DNA of 64,000 bases, taken from assembly GCA_977030845.1 (NCBI GenBank), contig OZ365112.1:6572001-6636000 (forward strand). Reading direction: 5' to 3'. This document shows positions 29,626-43,894 of the stretch, piece after piece. The notes beneath the pieces were generated by a model, which was not told the origin of the DNA, did no database searches, and was given only the letters and a program-made list of their open reading frames with translations. The stretch comes from Fimbriosthenelais zetlandica. Its lineage: Eukaryota. The translations under genes were made by a program, and so were the position numbers. Position 1 is the stretch's first letter. Each line of letters opens with the position of its first letter.

Positions 29626-31970
29626 CTGAAATAAAAGTTCATCAGTTAATAATTACATCCGAATAAACCAACAAAAATCATAAATGGTAGCGTCATAAAA
29701 AATATTTAATGTATAGAAAAGTAATTCTATATGACAGCTATCCTAAAATCAATTTTTTTTAATTTGGATTATACTGTGGATTTCTACATAATGATATAGT
29801 AGGTTTTCAAATATTCAAATATTCACAAATTCCTACCAGACCCAAAGCTAACTTGTACCGATCACTTCATTGTAAATTTTTGAATATGCAGGTTATTTAT
29901 TAAGGTCATACATATTCTCTTTAATGGTGTATGGCATAGATGCTGCTCATGCTTTCATTGTTTATGCGCCTTCCATGCTTATAACCACACAGTTCGCAAT
30001 TAGGCAAAGTGGTCCACTCTATGCATTTCCGTGACATCGAACCGAATTGCTGGTCTAAAATCAATGCTTTCCATGAAGCTGTGCAATAATAGCAGATTGA
30101 AGGCTGGTAATCATTGTATCTCATTAATATTATAATCTAAGTTTGATGAATTTTTACAGTGAAACTTGTGGAAGTTTTTCTTTGTATAAGGCCCTTTGTG
30201 CTTAAGTGGAAAATTGAGTAAATATTGCCGGCGTCATGAATAGAAAGGCATGGCCTCTGCCTTGGAAAGGCATTTTTAACCAACCAGTTAAAGTGATCAC
30301 ATGCATGCGTGAGATCACTTCATTTGCCTTTGACATGCAACAAGTGCCTTGAAAACGAGTTTGCAGTACTGGGAGGAACTAGGAACTGCCCCCACACTAA
30401 GGCCCAGGTTCAGGAAGTGGCAGACAAGCGCACATCTTCAGTGTTAAAATTAGTACAAAGTTTTTAGATTGTGATATAAATATATATATATTTTGCAATA
30501 AGACCTACAGGTTAGTGTTATTTTAACAAAAGAAAAATTGAAATTGAAATCACCAGTGTGTATGATGTAACTGATTGTTGAAAAACATGCAAGAATTACA
30601 TAAACAGATGGAAATAAAGAGAATATAAGCTTTTTAATTCGCAAGAGGTTAGTGATTTACTGATACATGTATTAATAAAAAACTTAATAATTTAATTAAA
30701 AGTGAACAAATATTGATGTGGGGTCCAAATTACAGAGTTAGGAAAATAAGTTTCGGATCCGGATTAAAAATACGGGAGACCATTCCAACAGCTTCCTTCT
30801 AACGCCTTCATGGAAGCTATGAAGCCATTGTAAACACCTCCAGTCTGGGAGTACAGGGGCTATTTCTAATCCATTCTGGGAAATATTACAGAGAAAATAG
30901 GAGTATTGTTAGAAAACACTGCTTGTCGGAGGTAAAGTGCCCTCATCACTAGGCGCAGGCTGTAGTGTGTCTGGCATGTATTGTAAATTATTGATAGGGT
31001 CACCCTGCAGCAGTTATGTTAGTGTGGGATGTTTGCAACTGTCCCTGCCAGATATTTGTACCATTGTGGCTTCTCACATAGATAGAGAATGTTAGAAGGA
31101 AGCCATATTGAGGTGATAGACCTCCATTCACCTTCATCCTTCACTAAGTTGTTTTCCAGACGTCCCAGCTAGAGATGCCTTACAAGCTACCAACTATCCA
31201 ATTGCAAGTACATTAATATGTCATACAGTAAAGATAACCAAGTAAAGTTGTTGTAAACAACATGGAACGCTGTTAGAAATAATGTTAAATCTAATATACA
31301 GTGCTCACAAAGTTTGGAACTTCCAGAAGTGACAAGATTGTCGAAGACCATGGTCCATTGTCCTGTCGCCCATAGTCGTGGCAGTCACTATGACGACACC
31401 AACATTCTGACGACACCAACATTCACAATATCCTGAAACTAGAAAAACGTCTGTCTCCATATTAGTTAACAATACCGCATGATCTATACTATGCCTACTC
31501 TTAATGCATAACAGAAGCAGCAGCAACTATTCGTCCTTCGTCAAGTCGTCCTTAAGTCCATTATTGGAAGAGCGCAGATGGAGGACACAAATGGTACCTA
31601 AATCCGGAAATGAAAACAAAATAAAGTTAAAGTTACATGGAATATATTAATGCTCCTGAATGCGTAAGATCTTCATAGATAAGCAAAAATCGATTTTATG
31701 TTAAGAAGATTAAGAATTAGAAGGGCATAGTAATGATACTTATATATATGATCTTTTACATTACATTACATATGACTTGGCACTATGGGTCCTACCCACG
31801 ATTATAATTTGGAAATGAAGTTATGGATATTAGAATAAAAGAAACAGACGCTCAACAACCCACTGCTCCCAACCTGCAGCACCTACTCGCCCCCTGGGTT
31901 AGGACTGGAGAACTACATGTACAAATCTAACTCTTCTACGTTGACACTCTCTGACATCCTCTACCTTCCA

Positions 31971-32009
31971 CCTCTCTTCTTTCTCTCCTCCCTCTCCCTC
32001 TTTCTCTCT
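31971..32009 (+). repeat. 39-nt pure polypyrimidine (CT) tract
   Basis: Only C and T from 31971 to 32009. Confidence 0.9.
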
Positions 32010-35000
32010 GTAAATCTCCCACCCCTCCCCCGGGATGGCGATCATGATAGCGCAGCTGACGATTGGATAATTAAGTTAGCCGAAATAAATTGTATATGAG
32101 AGCGCTATTGTTGAGCTAGGGGGAAGTTCTGGCTTCTGTAGGATGGCCCGATTTGGGGCAATGGGTCAGCCATTGAGGCGGTTCAGGCCCCAGGAGGCGG
32201 AATATCCAGGAGAATGGGAGTGTTGTGATATATATTACACGTCACCAAATGTTCCTGCATGGATTGATATATTGCAAGCTTGCAATATGAGAAATGCATC
32301 ACTTGTATCATCCTTGATTTGGATCAATCATTCCAGGGATAGCATATTGCAGGGTCAGACAATGAATTATTTCATTTGTCCCCTATATCTGAAAAGCATT
32401 TCAGTGCTTCAGTGCTTCAAGTCTTGTATCGAAAAGCATAAGCGAAGAGCATAAGCATCCCGACATGAGCTGTAAAGAATGATTTCAGATCTTGATAAAA
32501 AATTTCCTCAGAGCATGGATAACTTAATGATTGATTGTTTCAGTTTTCATTAAACTTTGAGTTCCACCCGTGGGTCAATAACTAGGGAGTAGGCTAGCAT
32601 CTTTGGAAACTTTAGTTCCAGTTCATCTCTTATTCCTGTACAAGTCCCTTTGAACAGTATTGATTATGCTTCTGGGAACAATAGGGCAGCGAAGTATGAC
32701 CATAAACAACAACATGTAGTTTGTTGCAATTATGGACCTGCTTTCTTAGTATGACTTCCAACCCTCTTCCCTAGACACCCTCAATAGACAGTCTGGGAAT
32801 TGCATGAGCAGTGGAGATAAGAATATTGCAATCTCCTTAATGATCGATGTGCCCCAACAGATGTTCTCTGCCTCCGAAATATAAATAAGAGAGGTCTAAG
32901 CTTTCAGCTAGCCACTAAGTGGGAGGTCTTAGTCGCCTTGACTCTGGTAGAAGGAGCCAAGCAATTAAGAAGGAAAATCGAATATAAAAAAGATGAGTAC
33001 ACACTTGTAGATCATCTGGCCACATGTAGAATTTTTTTCTAATTCATCTGAGACTCATTAACCGATATGATTTGAAGAACAGTGTGAAGATATCCAGGCT
33101 TCTGAATAAAAAAGAAGTAGGCCTATTGTTATAATGCTCCCAATCTGATATCTAGATATCTAACTTCAAATCGGGACAATACAATTTCTTCGACAGAATG
33201 TGCCATGAGGTCACATGACTAAATCTCTGAATAAAAGACATGTGACTTATTCCAGGACACATACATATATATTAGTGAAACGTGCAAGTTTTCCAGCAAT
33301 TCCTTTTGTTCCAAACTGAATTCTAATCGAGTCCACAACCATTATAGGGGATTTGTCCGAGTCGTGTTAAATGCATCGGAAGACCAAGGGCCATTACAGG
33401 TTACAAGACCATCCAATTGTGGATCTTGTTCTCAATGGTGTTCAGGCACAATGGATCGGCCGAGGGTCAGGGACGAGCGGGGTGGTGGTTAGAGAAGAAA
33501 AGATATAAAATATCCCGTCTAAAACAACAGCTGAAGAAAGGAACGATGGCCAAGGATTGGTTTGATAATGAGACAAATCCAAATGGTTTCTTCAACAGAG
33601 AGTTGACAGATAACCTAGTGTCATAGATGAGCTATCTGACATTTCATTATTTATCTGGTTTCTCCCCGAGCAATGGTTAGTGTTATGAATCATCCATCCC
33701 CCTTGAGGTGACACATTATCAAATGGTCCCCTTTAGGTAATACGTAATCGGATTGTTTGTATACGTCTTTATCTATTGTTATCTGCCTCAAGGAGTGTCT
33801 GGGAAATGTATTGAGGGATGCAGATATTTGATTTATGAATGGTACTTTCCTCATCCAAAATTAGATTTATGTATAGCAAAAATATCCCGGCAAAATTTCA
33901 CCTCAGGGATACCACTTCCATCTTCTAATCTCACATTGCCTTGTCTAATCATCTGGACACCTCATCAATGGCACCAACTAAACTTTGATCACTTTCAATC
34001 AAGACAGCTCCCATCATGGGGGAGTCTCAATGGCAGAGGTGCTGCGATACGTGGAGGTAGATAAATATAAAGTTAAATAAGGCTAAGGTTAAATCAAGCG
34101 GTGCAGCCATGGTGGGACATGTCGCCACCAATCCCATCAACACTGACTTTAAACCCGGGTTCTCTCTTGTCCTCCGTCTTCATAATGAACTTTCCAAGCA
34201 ATTAACAAATGCCCGGGAGGCTCATTGGTGAACCCAGGTGAAAGTATGGCCATGTTGGATTAATAGTGGAGAAGATCTAATTCCTGCGAATCAAGGCCAA
34301 TTAGGATCAAGACTATCGATGTGTGGGAGATCTTTTGAATTTGGCCATTCTCACAACTGATTTGATTTTCACCAACTTTATCACTTGGAGTACAATCATG
34401 CTTTCAGATCCTCGTAAGAAAATGAATGACACACAATGAAAACTTTGGAGTGATCGTGATTTTCTCAAATAAAGCGCATTCAAGACCCTGTTCTTTCTCA
34501 TTAGTAAATTAATTCTGGTGTTGAAATATCGGAATACGACGCAGAAATATCCTATCACGCATAAGTGAAAAAGGTCGGGAATAAGGCAACTTTCAGACGG
34601 AACAGTAGGCCTATGCAAATAAATAATTAATATTCAAGGACTTGGTTGTTTTAGCCATGCATGTTTTGGGGGCATTTTTTGGGGCATGCATTCCTCATCT
34701 ATTTTAAAGTTTTCTAAGAGTGATTTCACACCTGCTCCAGACAATGGAGCACTGTGGAGAAATTGCTACCAAACTCCAAGGCTCCTGATCAAAAGAGAAA
34801 ATCAGAAATGTCACATTACTAATCGTGATGGACCCAAGACCAAGGTCGGAACATGCAAGGGACTAGCGAACACACCTGTTGTGTTCACTTCCGGTCTAGA
34901 TGACGCAGCCAAAGGAAGGGAAACGAGAAAATGACGTTAGACTGATTACTCTAGATACTAGCAAAGTGGGGAAATCGAGTTAATTATGAAATCTAGAGTC

Positions 35001-38000
35001 GTGAAGGAAAACTGTGTCCATATTAATCTAATAGCAAATACCTACTGACACTGTATTGATTAAATGTAAAATCTGCTGACGGAGGCATATTATCAATTGA
35101 GAGTTGACACAAAGGAGGGAGAAATGACACTAATTAAATATCACAAATATTCACACCATGCGGAAGGTCTACAGTCTCTCATCTCATCAAGGTGGAAGGC
35201 ATTTCACATCCAGATATGATTAATCACCTCCGGTTGAAACATAATTAATTAGCCTTGCAAGCGATTAATTAGGTGATGGCACCATTAAAAATTTACTTTG
35301 GTAATAGTATAATGTCAATTACTAAAGATGGCGCTATATAATAGCAGTATACCAATGTATGCTTATAGGATATCCAGATTCTGCTCATGTGAGCTTTATA
35401 CATTTCCGCGTCATATAAAATTAAATCCCGAACATTTCATCAAACTCATGGCTTCGTATCTAAACGAGCCGTTGTGATCTTTTGAGAGTCAAATTCAGGC
35501 GGTCTTTTAGTATAGTAAAGAGACTGGAGGAAAAGGCTTCTTGCTCGTCTTTCATGGAAGTAACCCAGCCCGGATCTTTGCTGCTTTTTAATGAACCTTA
35601 GGCTTTTGTATATGCTAATCTAATTCAGGCTGGGGACTACCTGGGTTTCACAGGCACATTTTGAGCAATTCCCCTGAGCTTTTGTGAGCAGCTTGTCCCC
35701 GGGAATGGGAGGCGCAGTAAACCAGACAAGTCCGGTGGAATGTTTCTTCCAGGAGCAAAAAGCTCCGAGGCTGCACTCTCTGACCTTCATACAAGGGTCG
35801 AGCACAAAAGGTGTGAGCTTTAGCAGCAGCCACTTTTAGAATGATGCCAAAAACAAACCTCTGCCACCACCACACACAGACAAGCCTGTGTTCAACAAAT
35901 GGTTGATAGCGTGTAGCGAGCGATGGGGAGGTGCCCTTGCAAGAACATCTCTCTATATATATTCCAATGCCAAGTCTGTGTGGTTGCTGATGTGGCTACA
36001 TATGGCTGACTGGATTAATTTGTTCCGCTGGCGTAGAGAGATGTCCCACTGAGGCTTCTACATACCTGAGATTACAATTAGGCGGGATCCCCAAGGGTAC
36101 AGTGGGGATACGGGTAAAGGGAGAAGGCCAGTATAAGGCTTACCAGGCACAGGCAACATCTTAGGCATCAGTAAGACAACAGGCATCTTGTTGGTCTATA
36201 AAAGATCTATATCCCTCCCTCTAAAGATCAAAGGGAGGAGAAACCCACTAATCAAAGCTATGACGATCAGAATTCTAAATATGGAAATGCAGCCCAGTAG
36301 GGTATACCAATAAGTACGAGTGTAGAAAACCATCTATTGCTTCATATGTGGTAAAGATTAACCCAATATTTGAGAATTCCGTATTTCGACCTATCATTAG
36401 ACTCTACTTTCAAACAATGTTATATCTCTAGTATAAGTTAAATCAATATGAAAAATTGAGAAAGTAACAAAATATTTTCAGAAATTAAGATTTGATGAAG
36501 CAACAATGGGTTTGTGGGAGCTTATGGCTTGATTGAAATTAAGGGCAGTGATTTGGTTCTTTAGACCTGTACTTTTATCATTTATCTTCCATTGCCAGAT
36601 ACACCCTAAGAGGGACTATATACCCCTGGGAAGACAGAATGAGGTTTGGGATTAAAACAGGAAAAAAACTTCAATCTCATTTCCATGCTTCCGTGCTAAA
36701 GATAATGGATTCTCCTATAACAGAGGATGTACCAAACATCTTCTAAACCAACATTTCAATAATAAAATATTTTAAAATATAATCTTGCATACAATCCAAA
36801 CTATAGATATAGGAGGAAATATCTATACTTATAATGAAAAACTGGTCTATAATATATACCAGATTTTATCTTGAAAACAACTTTGTGTTTCAGGAAGTGG
36901 TAAAACAAAAGGTTTAGAAAAAACCTTGTCCTTGACTGTGGAGGCGTTTCTAAGAGAAAACAAAACTTTAGAAGTCAAATCGCGAACAATGGACAACGCC
37001 AGATTGAACTTGAAACATCAGTCCTCCTCGGCTCTTGCAACTTGACCAGCAGAGTGAAAATCCCATTGAAGTAATCCTTCCAGAGCAAAGGGAGGAACTT
37101 TCACAGCATGCTAATTTGGCGATGCATCAAATGGAAGGCAAGGCACAGGTGCCAATCTAAATATGCAAAGAACAACGCTTCACATCAGCTTGATGGATAT
37201 CCACCTAAGGCGAAGGGCACGGCATGATATCGTGCAATGCTGAAGAAGCATCTCTCACATCCACACAGCCGTATAAAAATACTACCCACATGCATCAAGT
37301 TTTTGACAGGATTGATGAGAAATTCCATTTTGGAAATTTGGTTATTAGGTATCCTATATGGAAGTCAGACCTGTCCCAGTGGTCTCTTACCAGAGGGCAT
37401 AAAGGTTATCGTGTATCGCCTACTTTTCCAGTCTGCATGGGTTGTATTGAATTTGATGTTTCTTGCCAGTCTAGTGCTAACTTTTATAGCTACAGGAAAG
37501 TAAAAGGATTACATACATGTTCTTAAACCATGTGTCAAACATCACCCAAGGCAATTAAAATTATAGACGTTCTCAACCATGCTCTTAAGGTCTGCTTCAT
37601 TTTTTTTTATCTTCCCACTCAGCATCCAATTTGCTGACATTCAATTACCAGTCTGTGGGAAAAGTTGACAGACAAAATAGGGTCAAGGCAATAAGGAAAC
37701 TCGTGGAGGAAAAGTACATTGCCTTTTATCGGAAGGTTAGAAACTGGAGACAACTGGAGGGCGTCTAAGTGTGAGTTGGTATGTTGTGCATCTGGGTCTC
37801 TATGGGATGGTCAGCCAGGGGTTAGGCAGAATGGGGGCCATCTAAAACCTCCAGGGTACAAGCAATCTGCACCCTCTCTACCTCAAGGGAGTGTTCAGGC
37901 TGGAGGCAGACGATCATTAGTTAATAACTGAGTTTTACTGATCACCAAAGTGCTCTGTAATTTGGACAAAAGCAGCGAGCTGATGACCCTTGGGAATGAC

Positions 38001-38010
38001 CACCAAAATA

Positions 38011-38096
38011 GGTCTGGGAGGGGCCTGGTCTGGGAGGGGCTTGGTCTGCGAGGGGCCTGGTCTGGGAGGGGCCAGGTCTAGGAGGGATCGGGTCTG
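38011..38096 (+). repeat. G-rich 16-bp minisatellite (GGTCTGGGAGGGGCCT) x5 plus partial
   Basis: Units start at 38011, 38027, 38043, 38059, 38075 and 38091 (partial), each with 0-4 substitutions. Confidence 0.95.
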
Positions 38097-40632
38097 CATC
38101 AAGAGAAGAATGGGAAAGCCTTAAGGAGAATGTTAAACACTGGATGAACAAATACGGATACACCATTAATATGGACACACCATCTAGTGACTTTACATTT
38201 CCCCAATAACAGACATGCAATATGTAAGTACTTCAACAAATGAATGAGAATTCCCACCGGGAACTAAGGTAGGACCAGGTTAATATGTCCCAGGTGAAGA
38301 AGTAGGCCACCCATGATAGGATGTTCAGGCTAGGGTTTGTGATGAATAAAATATACCATGAGATACTATTGAATGTGGTCGTACTGCATTTCAGTTGCCA
38401 GTAAGAGCAGAGTTGACACATGACAGGGAGTGCCCAGTAGAATAAATCTCCCCGGACGCCATCCCATCTCAGGTCTTCTGAGGTATCCATCCCACTCACC
38501 ATGTGACAAAGACCATCCGGTTTGTGATGTGACACTCTTACCAATTTCTCACCTAATGCGCGCAACAACAGGGGATGGCTTCCGGTCAGCACTAGCTATT
38601 TCATTGAAAATCCAATTCTTCCTGTTAGTCTTTGAGACTTTCATGACAAACTAAAAGGAATGACCCGGTAAGAACAGGTCCCATGCGGTTAGGCATCTTT
38701 CCCCTAGAACATTAGGCCTGCACGTAAGCATAGGTAAGATCCCCGGATTCCTGGAACTGAACTTCCTATATCATTCCTGAGTGGTTGTAACATTTTGTGA
38801 GGTAAACAGTAGTATAACCTGAATTCTCATTCTCAGAAACTTTCTGCAGTGTTTTATTTAAGACAAAACACATTTCCACCCATGTCTCTTATCCATAATA
38901 TTATTGTTCTGTATTCTAGACTAGAACCTGCAGAGCATCTAATATGGAATTTCAACATGATGGTCAGTGAAGAAGGAATGTCATCTGTCCTCAAGGATTT
39001 CCATGAGGAAGCATCCTTGACCTGCTTCCTCCAGTCAGATGAGGGAAGCCACACAAGTCAGGGTCCTAATCCGCATGTCCAGCTCCAGTTAAGGCTGGTA
39101 TGGGAAGCCAGCTGGTATTGGGTGCAAAGAAAAATGATGCAAAAAATAGGGGCTTCTTTCAACTGAGGTAGGCTAACAACATTAGCAGGATATGGGGACA
39201 GGGAAGGGAAAGAAATCGTACCCAGATAAATTTCCACCTGCTTGCTGATAAATAAGTTCAGGCTTCCTGAGTCTGTTCACACAGCAACTGTTGGTAAAGG
39301 CTCCAGTCCATTTAAAATCAGTTAAAAATAGTTAAAATAAATTTATGAATATTAAGGTTACCACAGCTAGTGTTGTAAGTTCTGTTCTTATTTGACTTTG
39401 ATTTTGACTTTGATTTTTTTCTTGTAGTATAACTTTGTTGGAGGGAGAGGGGGAGACAGTTGAAAGAGTAACAACATTATTTTTAACAGAAAGTTACTGC
39501 TTTCAAAGTACAGAAAGCCATTATGTCTGAGCTTTCATAAAATGTCTTATTAATCTGACTTGAATTGGCTTTTTACGTTCTGGACTACTTACACCTCTGG
39601 CATTATTGCTTTGTTATAGATTATTTATGGGAAGGTCCAGCCCACGACACTGCCTAATAGCATGACTGTTCTCAGAGGGAACACTGTAAATTCACCCTTC
39701 AGTTATTAGGGGAACATGTTGTCATGCTAAATTACATGTGGGCAAGTAGGCTCCGTCCAAATGTTAAATCTGCACTGGACCATAGTCTGGGAGGGAAAGT
39801 GGTGGGAGCTGCCAGTGTATACACACAAACATCTGGACGAAATCCAAACCTGAGCAAAGGCCCAAGGTCCCCCTAGACGCATAAAGGCGATTTCTAATTT
39901 CTGACTTAATTGCAGAACCTTGTGTGTTTGCTGAGTAACAAAGAAGGGTCCAGTATAAGGAAGTATATAGCCGCAACGGTGAAGTTTTAAATTAATCTTT
40001 CCCCACAAGGTCATGAATAAAAGATATCCACCTTGTTCGCTTTCCGGCTCTATAAAACCTCTAGGGTAGAAGGTTATCCTCTTGATAAATTTCCATTTGT
40101 AACACAGACCATCTTCTCCAATATTGTCTGCCAATATTGTGGAAAATTGGAAAATGATTGTGTGAGAACAGTCATGCAGTTTCATGTGAATCAAAGGTCA
40201 TTCTGAAATCATTGGGAACAGGTTCTGAGAGTCAGAACCATATACAGTTTTCAGAATAATGAAGATAATTATGATAAAAATGCCTGGAAATCACAATTAA
40301 AAAGGCATAAAGACATTGGTGTTCTTGACGTCCCAATGTACTTGGAGGTGGATAGGTTTTATGTATAGTGGTGGTCCTGATTTCAGGTCCCTGTGACAAA
40401 TAGTGGCTTCGTTTCGTATGTCTGCCACTGTCCATATCGAGTATCGAGGATATTTTGCCATGGGAAACTGATGTATTATGATGGAGAAGGGGACAGCATA
40501 CTTTATCACTGTTGCTTTATAATGGATGATAGGCGACCACTGTTTCTGCTATTCATATACCTCGATATGACATCCACACTAGCTCTATTCTACAATCGTG
40601 AGCACGATTCCTATTAAAAATTAATAAGTCGT

Positions 40633-40656
40633 GGGGGGGGGGGGGGGGAGGGGGGG
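40633..40656 (+). repeat. poly-G tract (G16-A-G7)
   Basis: Read directly. Confidence 0.95.
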
Positions 40657-43600
40657 TGCCATTGGCAATTTCCATCCATGTGCAAGTACCATACATTTGG
40701 TATAATTATTGTTGTGCACATTATATTTTTATTTACATTTCCCCGCCAAGGGACGATTCCATGTGGACCAACCTATTTTAATATAATAAGAAGTGAAGGG
40801 TATGTCAGCCAATTTCATTTCCTTGTAATTATCTTCGGGATTTGAGTAGAGTGAGATAAGGATATATTATTTTGTAATCAGTTATGTCATCTGTGATATA
40901 ATCATGTATCTGAGGTACACAGATATCAGAGTGCGGGTTTGTGAGGAGGGATGAGATATGAGTGGGGGAGGGGTGTTGAACATTGTCCTTAACTTCCCGA
41001 TCCCACTTAAAACCATGGCACGGTGTCCTGGCATAAAAGCAGGGGACGAGGAGGATGCAATGGGGGAAAAGAGGAGATAAGCATTTTTTAATGTCCAGAG
41101 GCGGGATTTGAAGAAATTGATCAAAAGAAAACTAGTACATCAAGAGATTTCTCCCCCCGCTTTCTCTGCTTCGTAGCCTCTTATCTAAGGACTGCGTCAG
41201 AAAGCTTTATTTCCGGGGAATCATCCAATGCAGGGTAGGCACGTGCAGTGCCTGGGGGCATATCTCAGACTTCTACTTCAACTGGAGTTTGCACTCCCGG
41301 ATCTACGAGTCCTAGTCCTCTCCTCTCCTTCCTCAACTCAATGTCAGTCACAGTTTTCGGTGATTAATCAATGCTTGGTACAAGATAGATCATTTTATCT
41401 CCTTTGAATGAAGGGTGAAATTCAGTACTTCAGCATTTCGCCCGCACTCATATTTGGCTGTTGCATTTAGAGAGGGCATTCTGACAATATTTTAGTTGTT
41501 TTAAATGCAAAAGGAGAACTGAAGTCAGTGTATACAACTAAATTCATGTATGTGTCCAGAACATGAGAACTCCATAGCAGAAATACAAAACCTACTTAGA
41601 GAACTTTCTCACTCTTTCTTCTGCATTAGTGTCATTTTTTAAAAATACACCAGCATTGGTAAAACACATATGTTAAACAACAATAAATGCATCAGTAGAG
41701 TAGACCATGCATACATGCGTCATCAAGACATAACTTTCATATAAATTGTCATAATAATATTACATAATATGCATCTTCCGATATACAATAAGTTTGGCCT
41801 TTTTGTCTTGGCCTTGGGTGGGGATTTGCCTGTCTCCAAGCCAGCGATAAAAAGGTCTTGCCAGCTAAACTAAACCTGTGCTTTCAATTGGGTTTTGAAG
41901 TGCCTCGGATGAGAGAGAAGTGGATTCTTTCAGCAGCTTACTACACTTTTTTTTCTCGTGTCTTCAGTGGATTTAAGAAAATAACTGTCCTCAATATCCT
42001 AGGTGATACAGGGGCATTTGTACTAAAGAGACATGTGCAAGGAATGATTTCCTCTGAGAAATCTTTTCTGCAGATATGTTCCACGGGGATTTGCCATCTG
42101 AGGAGTGGGCTGCAAGCACGGAAATGTGTTGGAACTGTGCCGATAATCAATTAGCCAGTCCAACATATTTTAAGAAGCTTGAAGATGGAAATCTTGGCAA
42201 ACATATAAGACCAAGGGGACTTAAAAAAAGGGGGGATAACAAGACCAAGGACTATCTTCTAATGATTCCCGCATGGCAATGGCATAAGAAAGTGCTAATG
42301 TCAATCAATGTGAATTTAGGGTGGGCTCCCATGTGGGTATGAAATTGATGTACTGTTTTTTCTCAGCAATAAACCCATTAACTTGGCGCTGCAGGGGGCT
42401 GGCATATAAAATAGATCACATTACTTTCTTCAGCATATAGATCTATCAACATACAATTGTTGGGGAAGTATATTAAAGGCCAGTGGTTGGGTGAGAGCTG
42501 GCGATAAAGGAAGGGATTATTTTTGTGTATATGTGGACTGAAACTCATCAAGAATCGTAGACGGCTCATTATAGTGGAGTTGGCAAGGTCGTTTCCATTT
42601 GTCCTTGAACAGTCTGTCAACTTTAAAGTCTCATTTTATCTTAGACCATTCTGAAGGATTATTCAAAAGTGTCTAGCCTTTGGCATGGGAAATCGTACCA
42701 ATCCTACATTCACTTTTTTAAATTAAATTCGCAAGGCAGTGGTTAAGGCACAATGGGTTTCCTTTTGGAATGAAATAAATGGGATAATAAATGGCTCTTC
42801 AGTCTGCCCAATCTCCAGAGCTCCATTCCAAGGCCATCGACCAAGAGAGGAAATTAAAAAGGCCTGTCCCTACCCCTTAAAATGGTCTATTTCAGCGACT
42901 GCTGGATGTGAGTGGGGCATTGTCATGGAGACGGCCTATTTATATTATTATGACAAGAATGGCCAGCGTCTTTAGAGCACAGAGACACCGCTAACTCACT
43001 GACCCCAACAGCTGTAGCTATGTGAAAGCAGCAATCTGAAATAGCCAAGCAAGCCTTGGATTTCCCCTGGCAAATTGTCCTGTCAGAGGCTTGTATACAG
43101 GCTCCGGAAAGCAAGTCTTATCCGGTACTGCTAGCGGACTGTGTGAGTGGCCAAACCACAAGAGGGCCTGGAGGGCTGAGGGAGGGGATTCGAAATCAAT
43201 TGGTCGAGGAGAAATGGCAATTATCCATGCCAGGCTCTGGATAATCAGGGAAAAGCTGGTGGTCTCTGCAGAGGGCTGAAGAGGACGTCAGAATTGTCAC
43301 CCTACCAGCTTGTGATGTCAGCTCGAAGGGCCTTGCAACAGCAGGCTTCTGGACGGGACGGGAGTGTCAGAAGAAGGGCAATAAGCCATAGGGCCATGAA
43401 TTGTCCGCCCCATGCCATGCTTAGGTGTGTAGATATTGGTTCGATTTGCTGTGGACAGAAGTAAAAGTAGCAAGAGAGGTCTTTTTCAAATGGCAAATGG
43501 GGACTTGTTGCGGGTATGGTGCTGGGCCTGCTGAGATAGTAGGTGATGGATGTGTGGCGTGGGGAAGATAGATGGGTCCACTGATAACACCAATGGAGGA

Positions 43601-43869
43601 GCGATGTATGAGGCTTCACTGCCTCCTCCTACCAAATCTGTCTTCCCTCTCCTCTCATTCCCACACACTCAATGATGATAGATATCACACACATGTAGTC
43701 CTTTGATAAAAATAAAATATTGGAAAAAAATTATATCATAACACCACCTTTTTACTTAGGGAAAAACTAACATCAGAAAAGGCATCCTATCTGTAGGGGA
43801 AAAACTAATAAAAATAGAGGTTCAGAGGATTTGAGATGTCAGATGTGTTTCGTGTGACCTTCAGTAATC

Positions 43870-43894
43870 GGGAGGGATGGGGGGGGGGCGGGGG
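43870..43894 (+). repeat. G-run cluster (G3-A-G3-AT-G10-C-G5) matching the canonical G-quadruplex pattern
   Basis: Four G-runs of at least 3 with loops of 1-2 nt, read directly. Confidence 0.8.

Noticed and set aside
33147-33160. Perfect palindromes gatatctagatatc (14 bp) and atatatctagatatat (57806-57821)
   Set aside because: Isolated AT-rich palindromes typical of (TA)n slippage; no clustering or context.
33417-33626. WFDNETNPNGFFNRE resembling the W.EEGEK..KYFFNLE segment of L1/Tx1 ORF2
   Set aside because: A single short degenerate match; flanking frames show no endonuclease or RT motifs.
40232-40509. F.M.K / Y.KP.H / YLHYS fragments resembling the Penelope RT C-terminus
   Set aside because: The fragments are split across frames with wrong spacing and the diagnostic LPFLD motif is absent.
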